DNA of 64,000 nucleotides from Candidatus Nomurabacteria bacterium (GTDB taxonomy: Bacteria > Patescibacteriota > Minisyncoccia > Phycocordibacterales > UBA918): assembly GCA_020632075.1 (NCBI GenBank), contig JACKGH010000001.1, forward strand, positions 259,216-323,215, written 5' to 3'. Shown one piece after another: positions 9,595 through 21,726 of the stretch. A program made the translations under genes and the position numbers. The notes under the pieces were generated by a model, which searched no databases, was not told the origin of the DNA, and was given only the letters and a program-made list of their open reading frames with translations. Positions within the stretch are counted from its first letter, which is position 1. The number at the start of each line of letters is the position of its first letter.

Positions 9595-10431
9595 ATGTCA
9601 GTTCTCATCACTAAAGCCGATGGTACTACCGAGTATTTTAAGGTAGAAAAACTGCGCCGTTCACTTCGCCGTGCTGGTGCCAGTCCTGATGAGATAAACG
9701 AGATCATAGCTGATGTCGACAAGACACTTGTCGATGGCATCCGCACTCAAGAGATCTATCGTCACGCCTTTGATCTTCTCCGTCGCAGCAGGCCACCAGC
9801 CGCTGCTCGCTACTCACTCCGGCGCGCACTCTTTAGTCTCGGACCTACCGGCTTTCCATTTGAGTCATTCTTAGCTAGACTCTTTCAACAAGACGGTTAC
9901 ACCACCAAGACTGGCATTACTATTCAAGGCAAGTGCGCACCACACGAGATCGATGTCGCAGCCTATCGAGACGACCACAGTTTTGTGGGAGAAGCTAAAT
10001 TCCACGCGAGGCCAGGAATCAAATCCGATCTGCAGGTTGCCATGTATTCCTACGCACGCCTGCTCGACCTCAAAAATGCGCAGGTCTGCCAAGATGACAC
10101 CTGTGGCATCAAAGAATTCTGGCTCATTACCAACACTAAATTTACGACTACGGCTCAGAACTACGGTAACTGCGTTGGTCTCAAAATGTTGAGTTGGGAT
10201 TATCCAAAGCACGGCAACCTACACGATCGTATCCAGGACACCGGGATCTACCCGATCACTGTCCTACAAAACCTCAATGCTGCTCAAGCTGAAATGCTTA
10301 TCTCACGCGACATCATTCTTTGTCGGGAACTGATCCAAAATGAGCACATTTTAAGACATTTGCACCTCTCAAAACGTAAACATGAGGCGCTAATACAAGA
10401 AGCAAAAGATGTGATGGACGGTCGTGCATAA
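9595..10431 (+). CDS. ATP-cone domain fused to Mrr-like (PD-(D/E)xK) restriction-endonuclease-like domain
   Basis: N-terminus VLITKADGTTEYFKVEKLRRSL resembles NrdR-type ATP-cone; HEIDVAAY...VGEAKF is a D-x(n)-E-x-K nuclease core. Confidence 0.7.
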   Translation: MSVLITKADGTTEYFKVEKLRRSLRRAGASPDEINEIIADVDKTLVDGIRTQEIYRHAFDLLRRSRPPAAARYSLRRALFSLGPTGFPFESFLARLFQQDGYTTKTGITIQGKCAPHEIDVAAYRDDHSFVGEAKFHARPGIKSDLQVAMYSYARLLDLKNAQVCQDDTCGIKEFWLITNTKFTTTAQNYGNCVGLKMLSWDYPKHGNLHDRIQDTGIYPITVLQNLNAAQAEMLISRDIILCRELIQNEHILRHLHLSKRKHEALIQEAKDVMDGRA

Positions 10432-10524
10432 GCTTCATTTCTCATATTCTGTCAATGTTTCGGGCTGTTTTGCCTATGATATACTCACTGCATTACTTAA
10501 TTCAGCAAATCATTTACTTTTTGT

Positions 10525-11079
10525 ATGGCAGAAGAAACACAGCAAGACGGACAGAAGACCCTCGTGGCATTTGTCGTCGGTCTCCTTATTGGTGGAATGT
10601 TGGTTTGGGCGTTTTCTGGCCCAGACGCAAGCGCACCTGCAACTGACAATACAGGCAGCGACACCGAAGAGACAACTCGCACAGAAGACACTGAAAAGAC
10701 ACCAGAGACCACAAACAATACCGGGAACACAGCGGCTCCGGTAGTGGAAACACCAGTACTTGAAGTTGGTAACGGTGCAGTCAGCGTACCTGACCAGCCA
10801 GCTAGTGCTTCTGTTACGCTTGAGAGCGCTACCTACCCAGTAAGTGAAGGATGGATCGGTGTACGTGAGTACAACAATGACCAGCTCGGATACATCCTTG
10901 GTGTTGTTCGCTTCAGCGAATCACAAGGCCTTGTACCAGAAGAAATTACGCTTCAGCGATCAACCACCGCTGGTAACCGCTACGCGGTCGTGATCTTCAC
11001 TGAAGACGGAGACTTCGACTTCAGCCTCGCGGGCGATGTACAGATCGACCAGATCTTCGACACCTTCATCGCACAGTAA
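10525..11079 (+). CDS. hypothetical secreted/membrane-anchored protein
   Basis: N-terminal TM helix, T/E-rich linker. Confidence 0.55.
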   Translation: MAEETQQDGQKTLVAFVVGLLIGGMLVWAFSGPDASAPATDNTGSDTEETTRTEDTEKTPETTNNTGNTAAPVVETPVLEVGNGAVSVPDQPASASVTLESATYPVSEGWIGVREYNNDQLGYILGVVRFSESQGLVPEEITLQRSTTAGNRYAVVIFTEDGDFDFSLAGDVQIDQIFDTFIAQ

Positions 11080-11102
11080 TTGCTGAAATGCCCTCAGGCA
11101 CG

Positions 11103-11130
11103 AAAAAACCGGACATCCGTCCGGTTTTTT
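11103..11130 (+). terminator. rho-independent terminator
   Basis: aaaaaaccggac-atcc-gtccgg then TTTTTT. Confidence 0.85.
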
Positions 11131-11163
11131 CGCGCCAGCTTCTCACAATGGTATACTTCCACC

Positions 11164-11946
11164 ATGGCCGAATATACATACAAATACAACCCGAACCGCA
11201 ACGCCAAATGGAACTATGGTGGCGAAAACTGGAAACTCTCACGCAGTAAGATCGACTTTTTCTACGAATGTCCACGCTGTTTTTATCTCGATAATGTCCT
11301 CGGTACCAAACGACCCGGCTTCCCGAGCTTTAATCTCAACATCGCAGTGGATGAACTCTTTAAAAAAGAGTTCGACGTCCACCGCGCCGCCGGCACCAAA
11401 CACCCGATCTGCGAAAAATACAAAGTAAACGCAGTGCCATTTCAGCATGCCAAAATGGATGAGTGGCGGGATCCGTTTGTCGGTATTATGCATACCCACG
11501 AATCTACCGGACTAGTAGTAAGCGGGGGAGTCGACGATATTTGGATCACTCCTGAAGGCAAGTTGATCATCGTTGACTACAAGTCAACTTCAAAGGAAGG
11601 CACAATCGACAAGCTCGGCGACAGCCCATGGGAACAGCAGTACACGAGGCAGCTAGGCGTGTATCGTTGGCTTCTTGAAAAGAACGGCTTCAAGGTGGAA
11701 GACACCGGCTATCTGGTGTATGCCAATGCCAGCAAGGACGAGGCAGGCTTTGACGACAAACTTGTCTTCGAAACCACCCTGGTCCCGGTAGAAACCAGCG
11801 TCAAATGGATCGAACCAGCTCTCGAGAAGATCAAAGCCTGCCTTGAACAAAAGAACCTCCCACCAAAAGGCGACTCCTGTGAATTCTGCCCATATAGAGA
11901 GGCGGCTGGGAAGAAGTTGCAGGCAGTGCATTTCGCAAACAAGTAA
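11164..11946 (+). CDS. Cas4/RecB-like PD-(D/E)xK nuclease with 4 Cys
   Basis: CPRC near N-terminus, GGVDDIWITPEGKLIIVDYKST, QQYTRQLGVYRWLL (QxxxY), C-terminal CEFCPY. Confidence 0.65.
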   Translation: MAEYTYKYNPNRNAKWNYGGENWKLSRSKIDFFYECPRCFYLDNVLGTKRPGFPSFNLNIAVDELFKKEFDVHRAAGTKHPICEKYKVNAVPFQHAKMDEWRDPFVGIMHTHESTGLVVSGGVDDIWITPEGKLIIVDYKSTSKEGTIDKLGDSPWEQQYTRQLGVYRWLLEKNGFKVEDTGYLVYANASKDEAGFDDKLVFETTLVPVETSVKWIEPALEKIKACLEQKNLPPKGDSCEFCPYREAAGKKLQAVHFANK

Positions 11947-11948
11947 AC

Positions 11949-12233
11949 ATGATCGACTTCACTGAACGGGTACGAGCAGTAGTTAAAGCCATTCCTGTAG
12001 GCAAGGTAATGACCTACGCCGAAGTCGCAGCGGTAGCGGGAAATCCCAAAGCCGCCCGGGCGGTCGCCAATATCATGGCGAGGAATTTTGATCCAGAGAT
12101 ACCGTGTCACCGCGTGATACGCTCTGACGGACGCCCGGGCGGTTATAATCGAGGCGGTGAGAAAGTAAAGCAAGCATTACTCGAAGAAGAGAGAGCGTCT
12201 AGCAATTTCCGGCAGGAAAAGGCCGGAAATTGA
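11949..12233 (+). CDS. MGMT-family DNA-binding domain protein (O6-alkylguanine alkyltransferase-like/Atl-like, C-terminal domain only)
   Basis: PCHRVI active-site-like motif, 94 aa; 3 nt after the Cas4-like gene. Confidence 0.65.
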   Translation: MIDFTERVRAVVKAIPVGKVMTYAEVAAVAGNPKAARAVANIMARNFDPEIPCHRVIRSDGRPGGYNRGGEKVKQALLEEERASSNFRQEKAGN

Positions 12234-12348
12234 GACGTAAATTCGTAATAGTCGGCTTCGCCTCGTTTACTCATTTAAACCGAGGTGGTGAAGAAGCCAA
12301 GCGAAAACTCTTGGAGAAAGAAGGGGTCGTGCTATAGAATAGTCCTAT

Positions 12349-12654
12349 ATGCAGTCTTCATACAAGAAAGACCGAGTCGAGATGATGATCACGAATCTCA
12401 AAAGTGAGTACGATCGACTCAACCACTCAAAAATGCGCGCACAGCGCGACGAACAGTTCGAGATCGAGCGTATTCGTCGTGAGTTTGCACAAAAGATCAA
12501 AGCTATGGAACAACGCCAAGACATGATCCAAAACGAACTCCGCCAGAAAGAACAGGAACTGAAGCATATCGAATTGCGCGAGCGAGAAACCGCGACCACC
12601 GCAGTCTCACCAGGACAAGCAGCCAAGGAGCGCCGTTTACATCCACATCTATAA
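12349..12654 (+). CDS. hypothetical coiled-coil protein
   Basis: charged heptad-like sequence; TAGAAT -10 upstream. Confidence 0.45.
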   Translation: MQSSYKKDRVEMMITNLKSEYDRLNHSKMRAQRDEQFEIERIRREFAQKIKAMEQRQDMIQNELRQKEQELKHIELRERETATTAVSPGQAAKERRLHPHL

Positions 12655-12664
12655 CCCTTTGCTT

Positions 12665-13252
12665 ATGTATACGTACAAGATCGAACAAGCCATCAAAGCC
12701 GCTGCACTCCTGCATCAGGATCAGCTGCGGAAAGGTGACATTGGTCTGCCGTATATTACACACCTCATGGCGGTCATGATGATCCTTCGCGACTACACCA
12801 CCGACGAAGACACACTGGTCGCAGCCCTACTGCACGACACGCTTGAAGATACTGACTACACGATTGAAGAGCTGCAGGAAGATTTCGGAAAGACAGTGGC
12901 GCAATATGTAGAAACCGTGACAGAGCAGCGCAATGAAAGCAGCGGTAAACTCGAGTGGGCAGAGATCAAAAAAGCATACGCCAAACAGCTCAAGAAAGGT
13001 CCTGAGCAAGCAGTCATGATCGCCGCGGCAGACAAGATCCACAACCTCCGTTCCATGGTCGAAGACTACTACGATAATCACGACGGTTTCCTGCGTGAAT
13101 TTGGCACAAATCTTGACTCCCGCCTCGAGGCTTATCAAAGTATCGCCAATGCTATCAATAGTCGCATCTCTGATGGTATAGTGCATGAGTTCAACAACAC
13201 ATTTTCAGCCTATAAAGAATTCCTTCTCGATGTCCAAGAAAGTCTCAACTAA
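12665..13252 (+). CDS. HD-domain protein, (p)ppGpp hydrolase-like (RelA/SpoT HD family)
   Basis: HLMAV...LLHDTLEDT (H...HD...ED); ORF-track start at 12659 is TTG. Confidence 0.65.
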   Translation: MYTYKIEQAIKAAALLHQDQLRKGDIGLPYITHLMAVMMILRDYTTDEDTLVAALLHDTLEDTDYTIEELQEDFGKTVAQYVETVTEQRNESSGKLEWAEIKKAYAKQLKKGPEQAVMIAAADKIHNLRSMVEDYYDNHDGFLREFGTNLDSRLEAYQSIANAINSRISDGIVHEFNNTFSAYKEFLLDVQESLN

Positions 13253-14543
13253 GCCACGAACCATTTCTGGTTATCTCTATGAAAAAACGGTTGGTGATAT
13301 TGAAGTATATAAATTGAAGAGCAATGACCTGCGCGTGCTGTATTTGCACCGACCAGACACCGGCACGGTCACAAACAACCTAACCTACCTGGTCGGTGCG
13401 CGTGACGAAGTACGAGGTGAAACCGGGCTCGCACACATGCTCGAGCATATGTTGTTTAAGCCGACCAAATACGACAACCAGCATCGCATCAAGGAAGGAT
13501 CCGCGATGCATTTTGAGCGGGTCACAGGTGCTATTTTGAATGCTAACACCTGGAAAGACCGCACCACGTACTACTTCAGCGCCCCGACCGCACTCTTTGA
13601 CGAGATGTTGCGCATCGAGGCTGACCGAATTGAAAATGTTGTGCTGACCGATGACGTATTTAAGCCAGAGCAGGGCAATGTGCTAAGTGAGTACGACATG
13701 TACAACGGGGACCCACACTTCGCGCTTGCCGAGCAGATGTGTAGCACTGCATATCTTTCACATCCGTATGGCCACGAAACACTTGGCTACCGTGAAGATA
13801 TCGAGGATTTCACCGCTGAAAAACTTGAGCGCTTTTATCGCAACTACTATCGTCCAGACAACGCAACGTTGATGGTGGTGGGTGATGTTGACCGAGTCAC
13901 CGTACTCGAAGCTATCAAAAAACACTTTGCTGGCATCAAAAATCCAAACACCCCGATACCACGTCACACAATCCGCGAACCAAAACAAGAAGGAACTCGA
14001 CGGATCACAATTGAGCGACCCTCGACCACCAACATCGTCTCGATCGGCTTCAAGCACCCCGGCTTTCCAAGCAAGGAGTGGTTCACTACTCAGGTGATGC
14101 TCGATGTGCTAGCAGGTGGTCCTGAAAGCATCCTTCACAAGCTGCTTGTCGACACCGGCCGAGCAGCAAGCGCAGACACCATGTGTGAACCTACCTCAGA
14201 AGAAAACCTAGGCACTCTCAGTATTACGCTTTCACCTACGGAGTCACACGCAACCATTGAAGCAGATGTACTAGCTGCGATAGAGAAGATCAGTCAGAAA
14301 GATATCACAGCGCTCGTCACCAAAGCCAAGGCCAACATGATCACCGACGAGCTCTTTGGGCGCACTGACTCACTAAAGATCGTAAATGAGCTCACCGAAT
14401 ACGTTGCTGCTCGTGATCTCGAGGCCTACACCAAAACTGCCGAGATCCTTGCGTCGATCACCCCAAAAGACGTCTTTGCGCGCTTAAAAGCATCCTTTAT
14501 CAACACCAATCTAACCATTGGCTACTTTATTGGCAAGCAGTAA
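13230..14543 (+). CDS. M16 family zinc peptidase (catalytic)
   Basis: HMLEHMLF inverted zinc motif HxxEH. Confidence 0.8.
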   Translation: MSKKVSTKPRTISGYLYEKTVGDIEVYKLKSNDLRVLYLHRPDTGTVTNNLTYLVGARDEVRGETGLAHMLEHMLFKPTKYDNQHRIKEGSAMHFERVTGAILNANTWKDRTTYYFSAPTALFDEMLRIEADRIENVVLTDDVFKPEQGNVLSEYDMYNGDPHFALAEQMCSTAYLSHPYGHETLGYREDIEDFTAEKLERFYRNYYRPDNATLMVVGDVDRVTVLEAIKKHFAGIKNPNTPIPRHTIREPKQEGTRRITIERPSTTNIVSIGFKHPGFPSKEWFTTQVMLDVLAGGPESILHKLLVDTGRAASADTMCEPTSEENLGTLSITLSPTESHATIEADVLAAIEKISQKDITALVTKAKANMITDELFGRTDSLKIVNELTEYVAARDLEAYTKTAEILASITPKDVFARLKASFINTNLTIGYFIGKQ

Positions 14544-14547
14544 TCGT

Positions 14548-15834
14548 ATGCACTATCACATTGACCGACAAGAAGCATTTTCGCTCGGCTCTATCGAAGC
14601 TACCGATGAAGGTGTTGTGCTCGCGCATCTGAGCGTAGACACTCACACTGACAACAGTGTACTTGAGCAAGCATTACACTACATGTATCCTGATGCACTT
14701 CTTTCTGGTGCTGGTTCGTACTCTCGGGAAAAATTCCTACACGAAGTAAACATGCTCGGAGCAAGCATCAATACAAGTATCTCAAACGGCATACTACAGA
14801 TCACCCTCCGCAGCACTAGCGTCGTATTCCCAAAGCTTCTGAAGCTAGTCGAAGTCATGCTCACTAAGCCGACTTTTGCCACTAGCGAGCTAGCCCGTAT
14901 CCGCACCACTACCGCCAATGAGCTGCATATAAAACAAGAAAATAGTAGCGCTCTTGCCCATGAAGCAATGCGTAATGCAATGTATAGCACAACGGACCGC
15001 CGCTTCAGTGCGTCACCACAAGTTCTTACGAGCACCCTTCAAAAAGTCACTCAGAAGGATCTGCAGCGATTCCATGAGTCAGTCTTGGCGGCAAGCTGGA
15101 CCTGCAGCATCGCTGGAACTAAAGAAAATATCAGTGATCTCAGCAAACTCGTGCGCAAGCTCAAGAAGGGCGAAGCGACACTCATCACCAGCGCACACAA
15201 GCAGAAAGCCACGACCAATAAGGTCTTACTGACCAACATTCCGAGTCGCAGCAACATCGACTTTAGCATTGGCGTGCCAATTCCGATCACCATTCACCAC
15301 CCAGACTATCTGCCGCTTATGTTTGGACTTGGTGTACTGTCCATCCCTGGCTTTGCTGGCCGCCTCATGAATACTGTGCGAGACAAGGAAGGACTCACGT
15401 ACGGTATCTATGGGTATCTGGAGAGTTTTTCTGGTACAGAACAAGGCTACGCGAGAATCGTAACCTTCTTCAATCCGCCACAAACCATCCAAGGTATCAC
15501 CTCAACCTTTCGTGAGATCAAGAAGATCTACGAGTCTGGCATCACGGCGGCAGAATTTGACCGCTTTCAGACCATCTTCACTACGAAGCAAAGCCTGCTC
15601 CAAGACTCACTCTTGCGCCAGCTCGCTGACTTACATAGCTACAATGTGCATGGCTTTACGGTAGACGAGATCGCTGCTCACAAAGCCAAACTCGCCAACA
15701 TAACCCGAAAAGAGGTAAACGATGCGATCAAAAAGTATCTAGACCCAACCAGGTTCATTATCAGTGGTGCCGGACCAACTAAAGCCTCGGAGAAAGACTT
15801 GCGAAAATTCGTAAGTACCCTCACTAAAGGATAA
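14548..15834 (+). CDS. M16 family peptidase-like (non-catalytic partner, no HxxEH)
   Basis: homologous architecture, follows catalytic subunit; ATG start at 14548. Confidence 0.7.
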   Translation: MHYHIDRQEAFSLGSIEATDEGVVLAHLSVDTHTDNSVLEQALHYMYPDALLSGAGSYSREKFLHEVNMLGASINTSISNGILQITLRSTSVVFPKLLKLVEVMLTKPTFATSELARIRTTTANELHIKQENSSALAHEAMRNAMYSTTDRRFSASPQVLTSTLQKVTQKDLQRFHESVLAASWTCSIAGTKENISDLSKLVRKLKKGEATLITSAHKQKATTNKVLLTNIPSRSNIDFSIGVPIPITIHHPDYLPLMFGLGVLSIPGFAGRLMNTVRDKEGLTYGIYGYLESFSGTEQGYARIVTFFNPPQTIQGITSTFREIKKIYESGITAAEFDRFQTIFTTKQSLLQDSLLRQLADLHSYNVHGFTVDEIAAHKAKLANITRKEVNDAIKKYLDPTRFIISGAGPTKASEKDLRKFVSTLTKG

Positions 15835-16062
15835 CCCAAACCTCGTCGGCAGCCACCCAGCACAACGCATTTTCCACTAAAATAGACTCAACCGAGCCTG
15901 CCTGAAACTCGATCCTGACATCGCCACTTTTGATACGAGTGATGTATTCAGCATGGCCGCGCATGATCTGCTCCATACCACGAACCGTAGGCAAAACCAC
16001 ACTTCGCAGTTCTTCATAGGTCTTAGTTTCGGTTGGACTAGTGATCACACAACGCATAAACA

Positions 16063-16063
<1 letters not shown>
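15824..16063 (-). CDS. atpC: F-type ATP synthase epsilon subunit, N-terminal beta-sandwich only
   Basis: 79 aa, 1-nt overlap with atpD stop, lacks C-terminal helical domain. Confidence 0.7.
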
Positions 16064-18287
<2,224 letters not shown>

Positions 18288-18289
18288 AC

Positions 18290-19753
18290 CTATGCCGTCG
18301 TTAGGAATTCCTCCTTGAATTCAGTCACTATCTTCTCGATCCGTCGTTTGATCACATCATCGAAGACGCCCGCATCGATCTGACTCAAGAGTGGCTTGTG
18401 TCGGCTACGGAATAGATCAAGCAGATAGCTCATGAAATCACTCCACTCATCTTCAGTGAAGTCATCGAAGTATCCATTTTCGACTGCATAGAACAGCACT
18501 GTTTGCTCTGGCGACGTAACGTGGGTGTGTTTGTCTTGCTTTAGTAGCTCAAGAAGCAAGTTACCACGATGAATGTCCTGCATGACCCCTTCACTGACTG
18601 TCGTCTCAAGCTGGGAGAGCTTTTGCAGTTCCTTGTGTTGCGCAAGTGCCAAACGAATGCCACCAAGTACTTCCTTGAGTACCTTCGGCTGCACCTGCGA
18701 ACCGACACGCGATACCGAAAGACCAACATTGACCGCTGGTAGAAAATTCTTCTGGAAGAGTCCTCGCTCAAGATAGATCTGTCCATCAGTAATAGAAATG
18801 ATATTTGTCGGTATGTATGCGGTCACATCACCTTCTTGGGTTTCGATGATCGGTAGGGCAGTAAGTGAGCCACCACTTTGATCGTCTGAGAGTTGCGCAG
18901 CTCGCTCGAGCAGTACCGCATGCAGCGAAAAAATGTCACCCGGATACGCTTCTCGACCAGGAACACGACCAAGGATGAGTGAGATGTCACGATAGACCTT
19001 TGCGTGACGAGACAGATCATCGTAGACCACCAAGGCGTCACGGCCAGTGTTACGGAAATGCTCTGCGATCGTACAACCAATAAATGGCGCTAAGTACTGC
19101 GACAAATACGATTCGCTTGTCGTTGCTGCCACGACCGTGCTGTACAAAAACGCGTTGTGTTCATTGAACTTCGCAACAAGCTCATCTACTTTCTGTACAC
19201 GTTGACCACACGAAACATACACACACTGCACTGGTGACTTGGCGTACTTCTGGTTGAGTACCACATCCATTGCGATCGTACTCTTACCAAGCTTTCGGTC
19301 GCCAATAATAAGCTCTCGCTGGCCACGTCCAAGGGGCAAGGTTGTATCGATAACCTTAATGCCAGTTACCAGCGGTCTGGTGATCGGCTTACGATGAATG
19401 ATCGGCGGTGGTTCTAGAAACACCGAGCTCTCAAATCCTTCAGGGATCGACGCATATTCATCAAGCGATCGTCCGAGACCATCAACCACTCGACCAATGA
19501 ATGCGTCTGAAACAGATATTGAGAATTGCTTTCCGCTTCGAAAGACTGGACGAGTAACATCGAACTGCTCATCAACAAACAACGCCTCGACCACGTCGTG
19601 AGTGAAGCCGATCACAACAGCCGCAGACCGACCCGACTCATCAGAGAGAACTTCATGTAAAAAGACTTTTGGAAGGCCACGCAAGGTTGCCACACCAGCG
19701 TAAAAACTCACCACATACCCAGCCTCTGTAACTGTAGTATCACGATGACCCAT
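18290..19753 (-). CDS. atpA: F-type ATP synthase alpha subunit
   Basis: GDRKLGKSTIAMD P-loop, alpha core. Confidence 0.95.
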   Translation of the reverse strand: MGHRDTTVTEAGYVVSFYAGVATLRGLPKVFLHEVLSDESGRSAAVVIGFTHDVVEALFVDEQFDVTRPVFRSGKQFSISVSDAFIGRVVDGLGRSLDEYASIPEGFESSVFLEPPPIIHRKPITRPLVTGIKVIDTTLPLGRGQRELIIGDRKLGKSTIAMDVVLNQKYAKSPVQCVYVSCGQRVQKVDELVAKFNEHNAFLYSTVVAATTSESYLSQYLAPFIGCTIAEHFRNTGRDALVVYDDLSRHAKVYRDISLILGRVPGREAYPGDIFSLHAVLLERAAQLSDDQSGGSLTALPIIETQEGDVTAYIPTNIISITDGQIYLERGLFQKNFLPAVNVGLSVSRVGSQVQPKVLKEVLGGIRLALAQHKELQKLSQLETTVSEGVMQDIHRGNLLLELLKQDKHTHVTSPEQTVLFYAVENGYFDDFTEDEWSDFMSYLLDLFRSRHKPLLSQIDAGVFDDVIKRRIEKIVTEFKEEFLTTA

Positions 19754-20117
19754 GACGATTCACTTCAGCAAGACGCTGGTTAATTTGAGCAATGACAGCT
19801 TCTTTTTCACGAGCAGTCTCTTCCTGTGCCTGTTCGCGGATACTTTCAGCAATGCCTTCTGCTTCCTCAATAATCGCCTTAGCTCGTTCTTTGGTTTCGG
19901 TCAGATAGTGTTGTTCGGTAAGCTTAAGTTCTCGCTCCTTTTCTACCAGCGCTTCCTCAGCGCGAGCTGACTCCGCCAGCGCAGCTTCATCAGCCTCAAT
20001 ACGCTTGATAAGTGGTTTGTATACAAACTTTGAGAGCACCCACAAAAGGATCACGAAGTTAACCACTTGCGCGATAAGGAGCCCAATATCAATACCTAAA
20101 TTACCCAGAAAGTGCAT
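19740..20117 (-). CDS. atpF: F-type ATP synthase b subunit (short, 125 aa)
   Basis: N-terminal TM plus charged helix; directly followed (14-nt overlap) by atpA, no delta gene. Confidence 0.7.
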   Translation of the reverse strand: MHFLGNLGIDIGLLIAQVVNFVILLWVLSKFVYKPLIKRIEADEAALAESARAEEALVEKERELKLTEQHYLTETKERAKAIIEEAEGIAESIREQAQEETAREKEAVIAQINQRLAEVNRHGSS

Positions 20118-20151
20118 ACGAACTACGGCATACCAATGCCACGAATTGGCA

Positions 20152-20379
20152 TCATGCCACGAACTTCAAGATCAAGGCCACAACAAGCACATAGATGGCA
20201 ATTGCCTCAGCAAAAGCGATCGCAATGATCATTGCAAGCTGGATCTTTTCTGAATTGTCTGGATTACGAGCCATGGCCAAAAGGGCAGCTGCACCGATCA
20301 TACCGATCGCGAGTGCAGGGCCGATCGAACCAATGGCGATCGTAAACGCTGAAGGATCTTGTATCATAAAATTACCCAT
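20152..20379 (-). CDS. atpE: F-type ATP synthase c subunit
   Basis: two TM hairpin, ARNP loop, conserved Glu in AFAEAIAIY. Confidence 0.85.
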   Translation of the reverse strand: MGNFMIQDPSAFTIAIGSIGPALAIGMIGAAALLAMARNPDNSEKIQLAMIIAIAFAEAIAIYVLVVALILKFVA

Positions 20380-20426
20380 TCACTTCACATAAAAGTATAT
20401 CAAACACGTTACCTGTAGCGGCGTGC

Positions 20427-21179
20427 TTATCCTCCTTTTACCGCAACTTCCGAAGCCATACTGAGCCTGATAAAAGTGAGTGTTAAGATGCAGAAAATAT
20501 ATGCTTGGATGAGACTGATGAAAACCTCTAGTATCATAAATGGCACCGGCAACACCACCGGTACCAAGAAAGCGATAACAATCAGCAGCACCTCACCGGC
20601 AAACACATTACCGAAGAGACGGAAAGAGAAGGACAGTACGCGCATCGACTCAGACAACGCCTCGAAGAATCCAAGCACGAACGGAATAATGCCCGAGAAA
20701 TTGAAAAAACGCTTCAAGTATCCACCCCAACCCTTAGACTTGATAGAAAAATACTGGATCGAAAAGACTGTAACGAGAGCAAGTGCTAAGGTGGTGGTCA
20801 GATCACTATTTGGCGAGCGAAATACTGACATCTGGCCGCTTGAGGTCGTGATATGAAATGACCCCAAGAAGCCAGGCAACAGTGCAATAAGGTTGGTAGT
20901 AAAAATAAAAAGAAAGAGGGTTGCCACAAGCGGCAACAAGCGCTTTGAAAGTGTTCGATCTTGTGTGATCGTATCAGCCAGTCGCAGAAGTTCGTACACC
21001 AGAATATGCCACCCTTTCAGCAACACGTGAGCATTCTCATTCTGGTGGGGCTGCACGTAGTAGAAACTCGCCAACGCTATCAGTAAAAAAGTCGCCACCA
21101 ATGTCGTGAGAAATGTATTGGTCACCAAGAACCCAAACACTGACATGACATACTCTGACTGTAGCGTGATGTTTGTCAT
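20427..21179 (-). CDS. atpB: F-type ATP synthase a subunit
   Basis: RLFGNVFAGE motif with conserved Arg. Confidence 0.85.
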   Translation of the reverse strand: MTNITLQSEYVMSVFGFLVTNTFLTTLVATFLLIALASFYYVQPHQNENAHVLLKGWHILVYELLRLADTITQDRTLSKRLLPLVATLFLFIFTTNLIALLPGFLGSFHITTSSGQMSVFRSPNSDLTTTLALALVTVFSIQYFSIKSKGWGGYLKRFFNFSGIIPFVLGFFEALSESMRVLSFSFRLFGNVFAGEVLLIVIAFLVPVVLPVPFMILEVFISLIQAYIFCILTLTFIRLSMASEVAVKGG

Positions 21180-21394
21180 GATCCAGTTTTGTCGGGTGTA
21201 ACCAGCGGTTTAATGAGGTGGTATGCCTCACGCACCGTCACAATAATACCCACAATAATACCAAGCACTAACAACCACGGTGCTGTACTCAGCTTAGCGT
21301 CAAGCCAGTAACCAAGTAGTAGAAAACCACCGATCGAAGACACAACCAAAAAGCCTAGCTGAGCAGCCAACGATAGTGCATACGAAAAACGCAT
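21176..21394 (-). CDS. AtpZ/AtpI-like small membrane protein
   Basis: two TM, upstream of atpB; ORF-track start at 21451 is GTG, ATG at 21394. Confidence 0.5.
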   Translation of the reverse strand: MRFSYALSLAAQLGFLVVSSIGGFLLLGYWLDAKLSTAPWLLVLGIIVGIIVTVREAYHLIKPLVTPDKTGS

Positions 21395-21474
21395 GCCGTC
21401 AGTTTTTTCGGTACCGAACTTCACTACTAAAATTCTATCATGTTGCAACACCGAAGACGTGATAGACTAATCAC

Positions 21475-21642
21475 ATGCAATCAAAACGTATCATCTCACT
21501 CCTTACGATCGTAGGAGCAACGATCGGTGGCTACGTACCAAGCTTGTGGGGAGACGGATATTTTTCATTTGCGTCGATCATCACCAGTGGACTTGGCGCC
21601 ATCCTCGGGATCTGGATCGGTTTCAAAATGACCAGATTCTAG
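21475..21642 (+). CDS. possible small membrane protein (55 aa), not in the ORF track
   Basis: my translation: MQSKRIISLLTIVGATIGGYVPSLWGDGYFSFASIITSGLGAILGIWIGFKMTRF; glycine-zipper-like. Confidence 0.3.
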   Translation: MQSKRIISLLTIVGATIGGYVPSLWGDGYFSFASIITSGLGAILGIWIGFKMTRF

Positions 21643-21726
21643 TCAAAGCACCAAAAAAAGACTCGCCAGACAGCGTTTTTTTGGTATAGTTTACGAAATT
21701 TAAAAATCGATTTAACCATTGTTACT

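Noticed and set aside
12205-12230. Hairpin ATTTCCGGC...GCCGGAAAT at the 3' end of the MGMT-like gene
   Set aside because: Lies within the coding sequence and has no T-tract; weak as a terminator, reported only as a note
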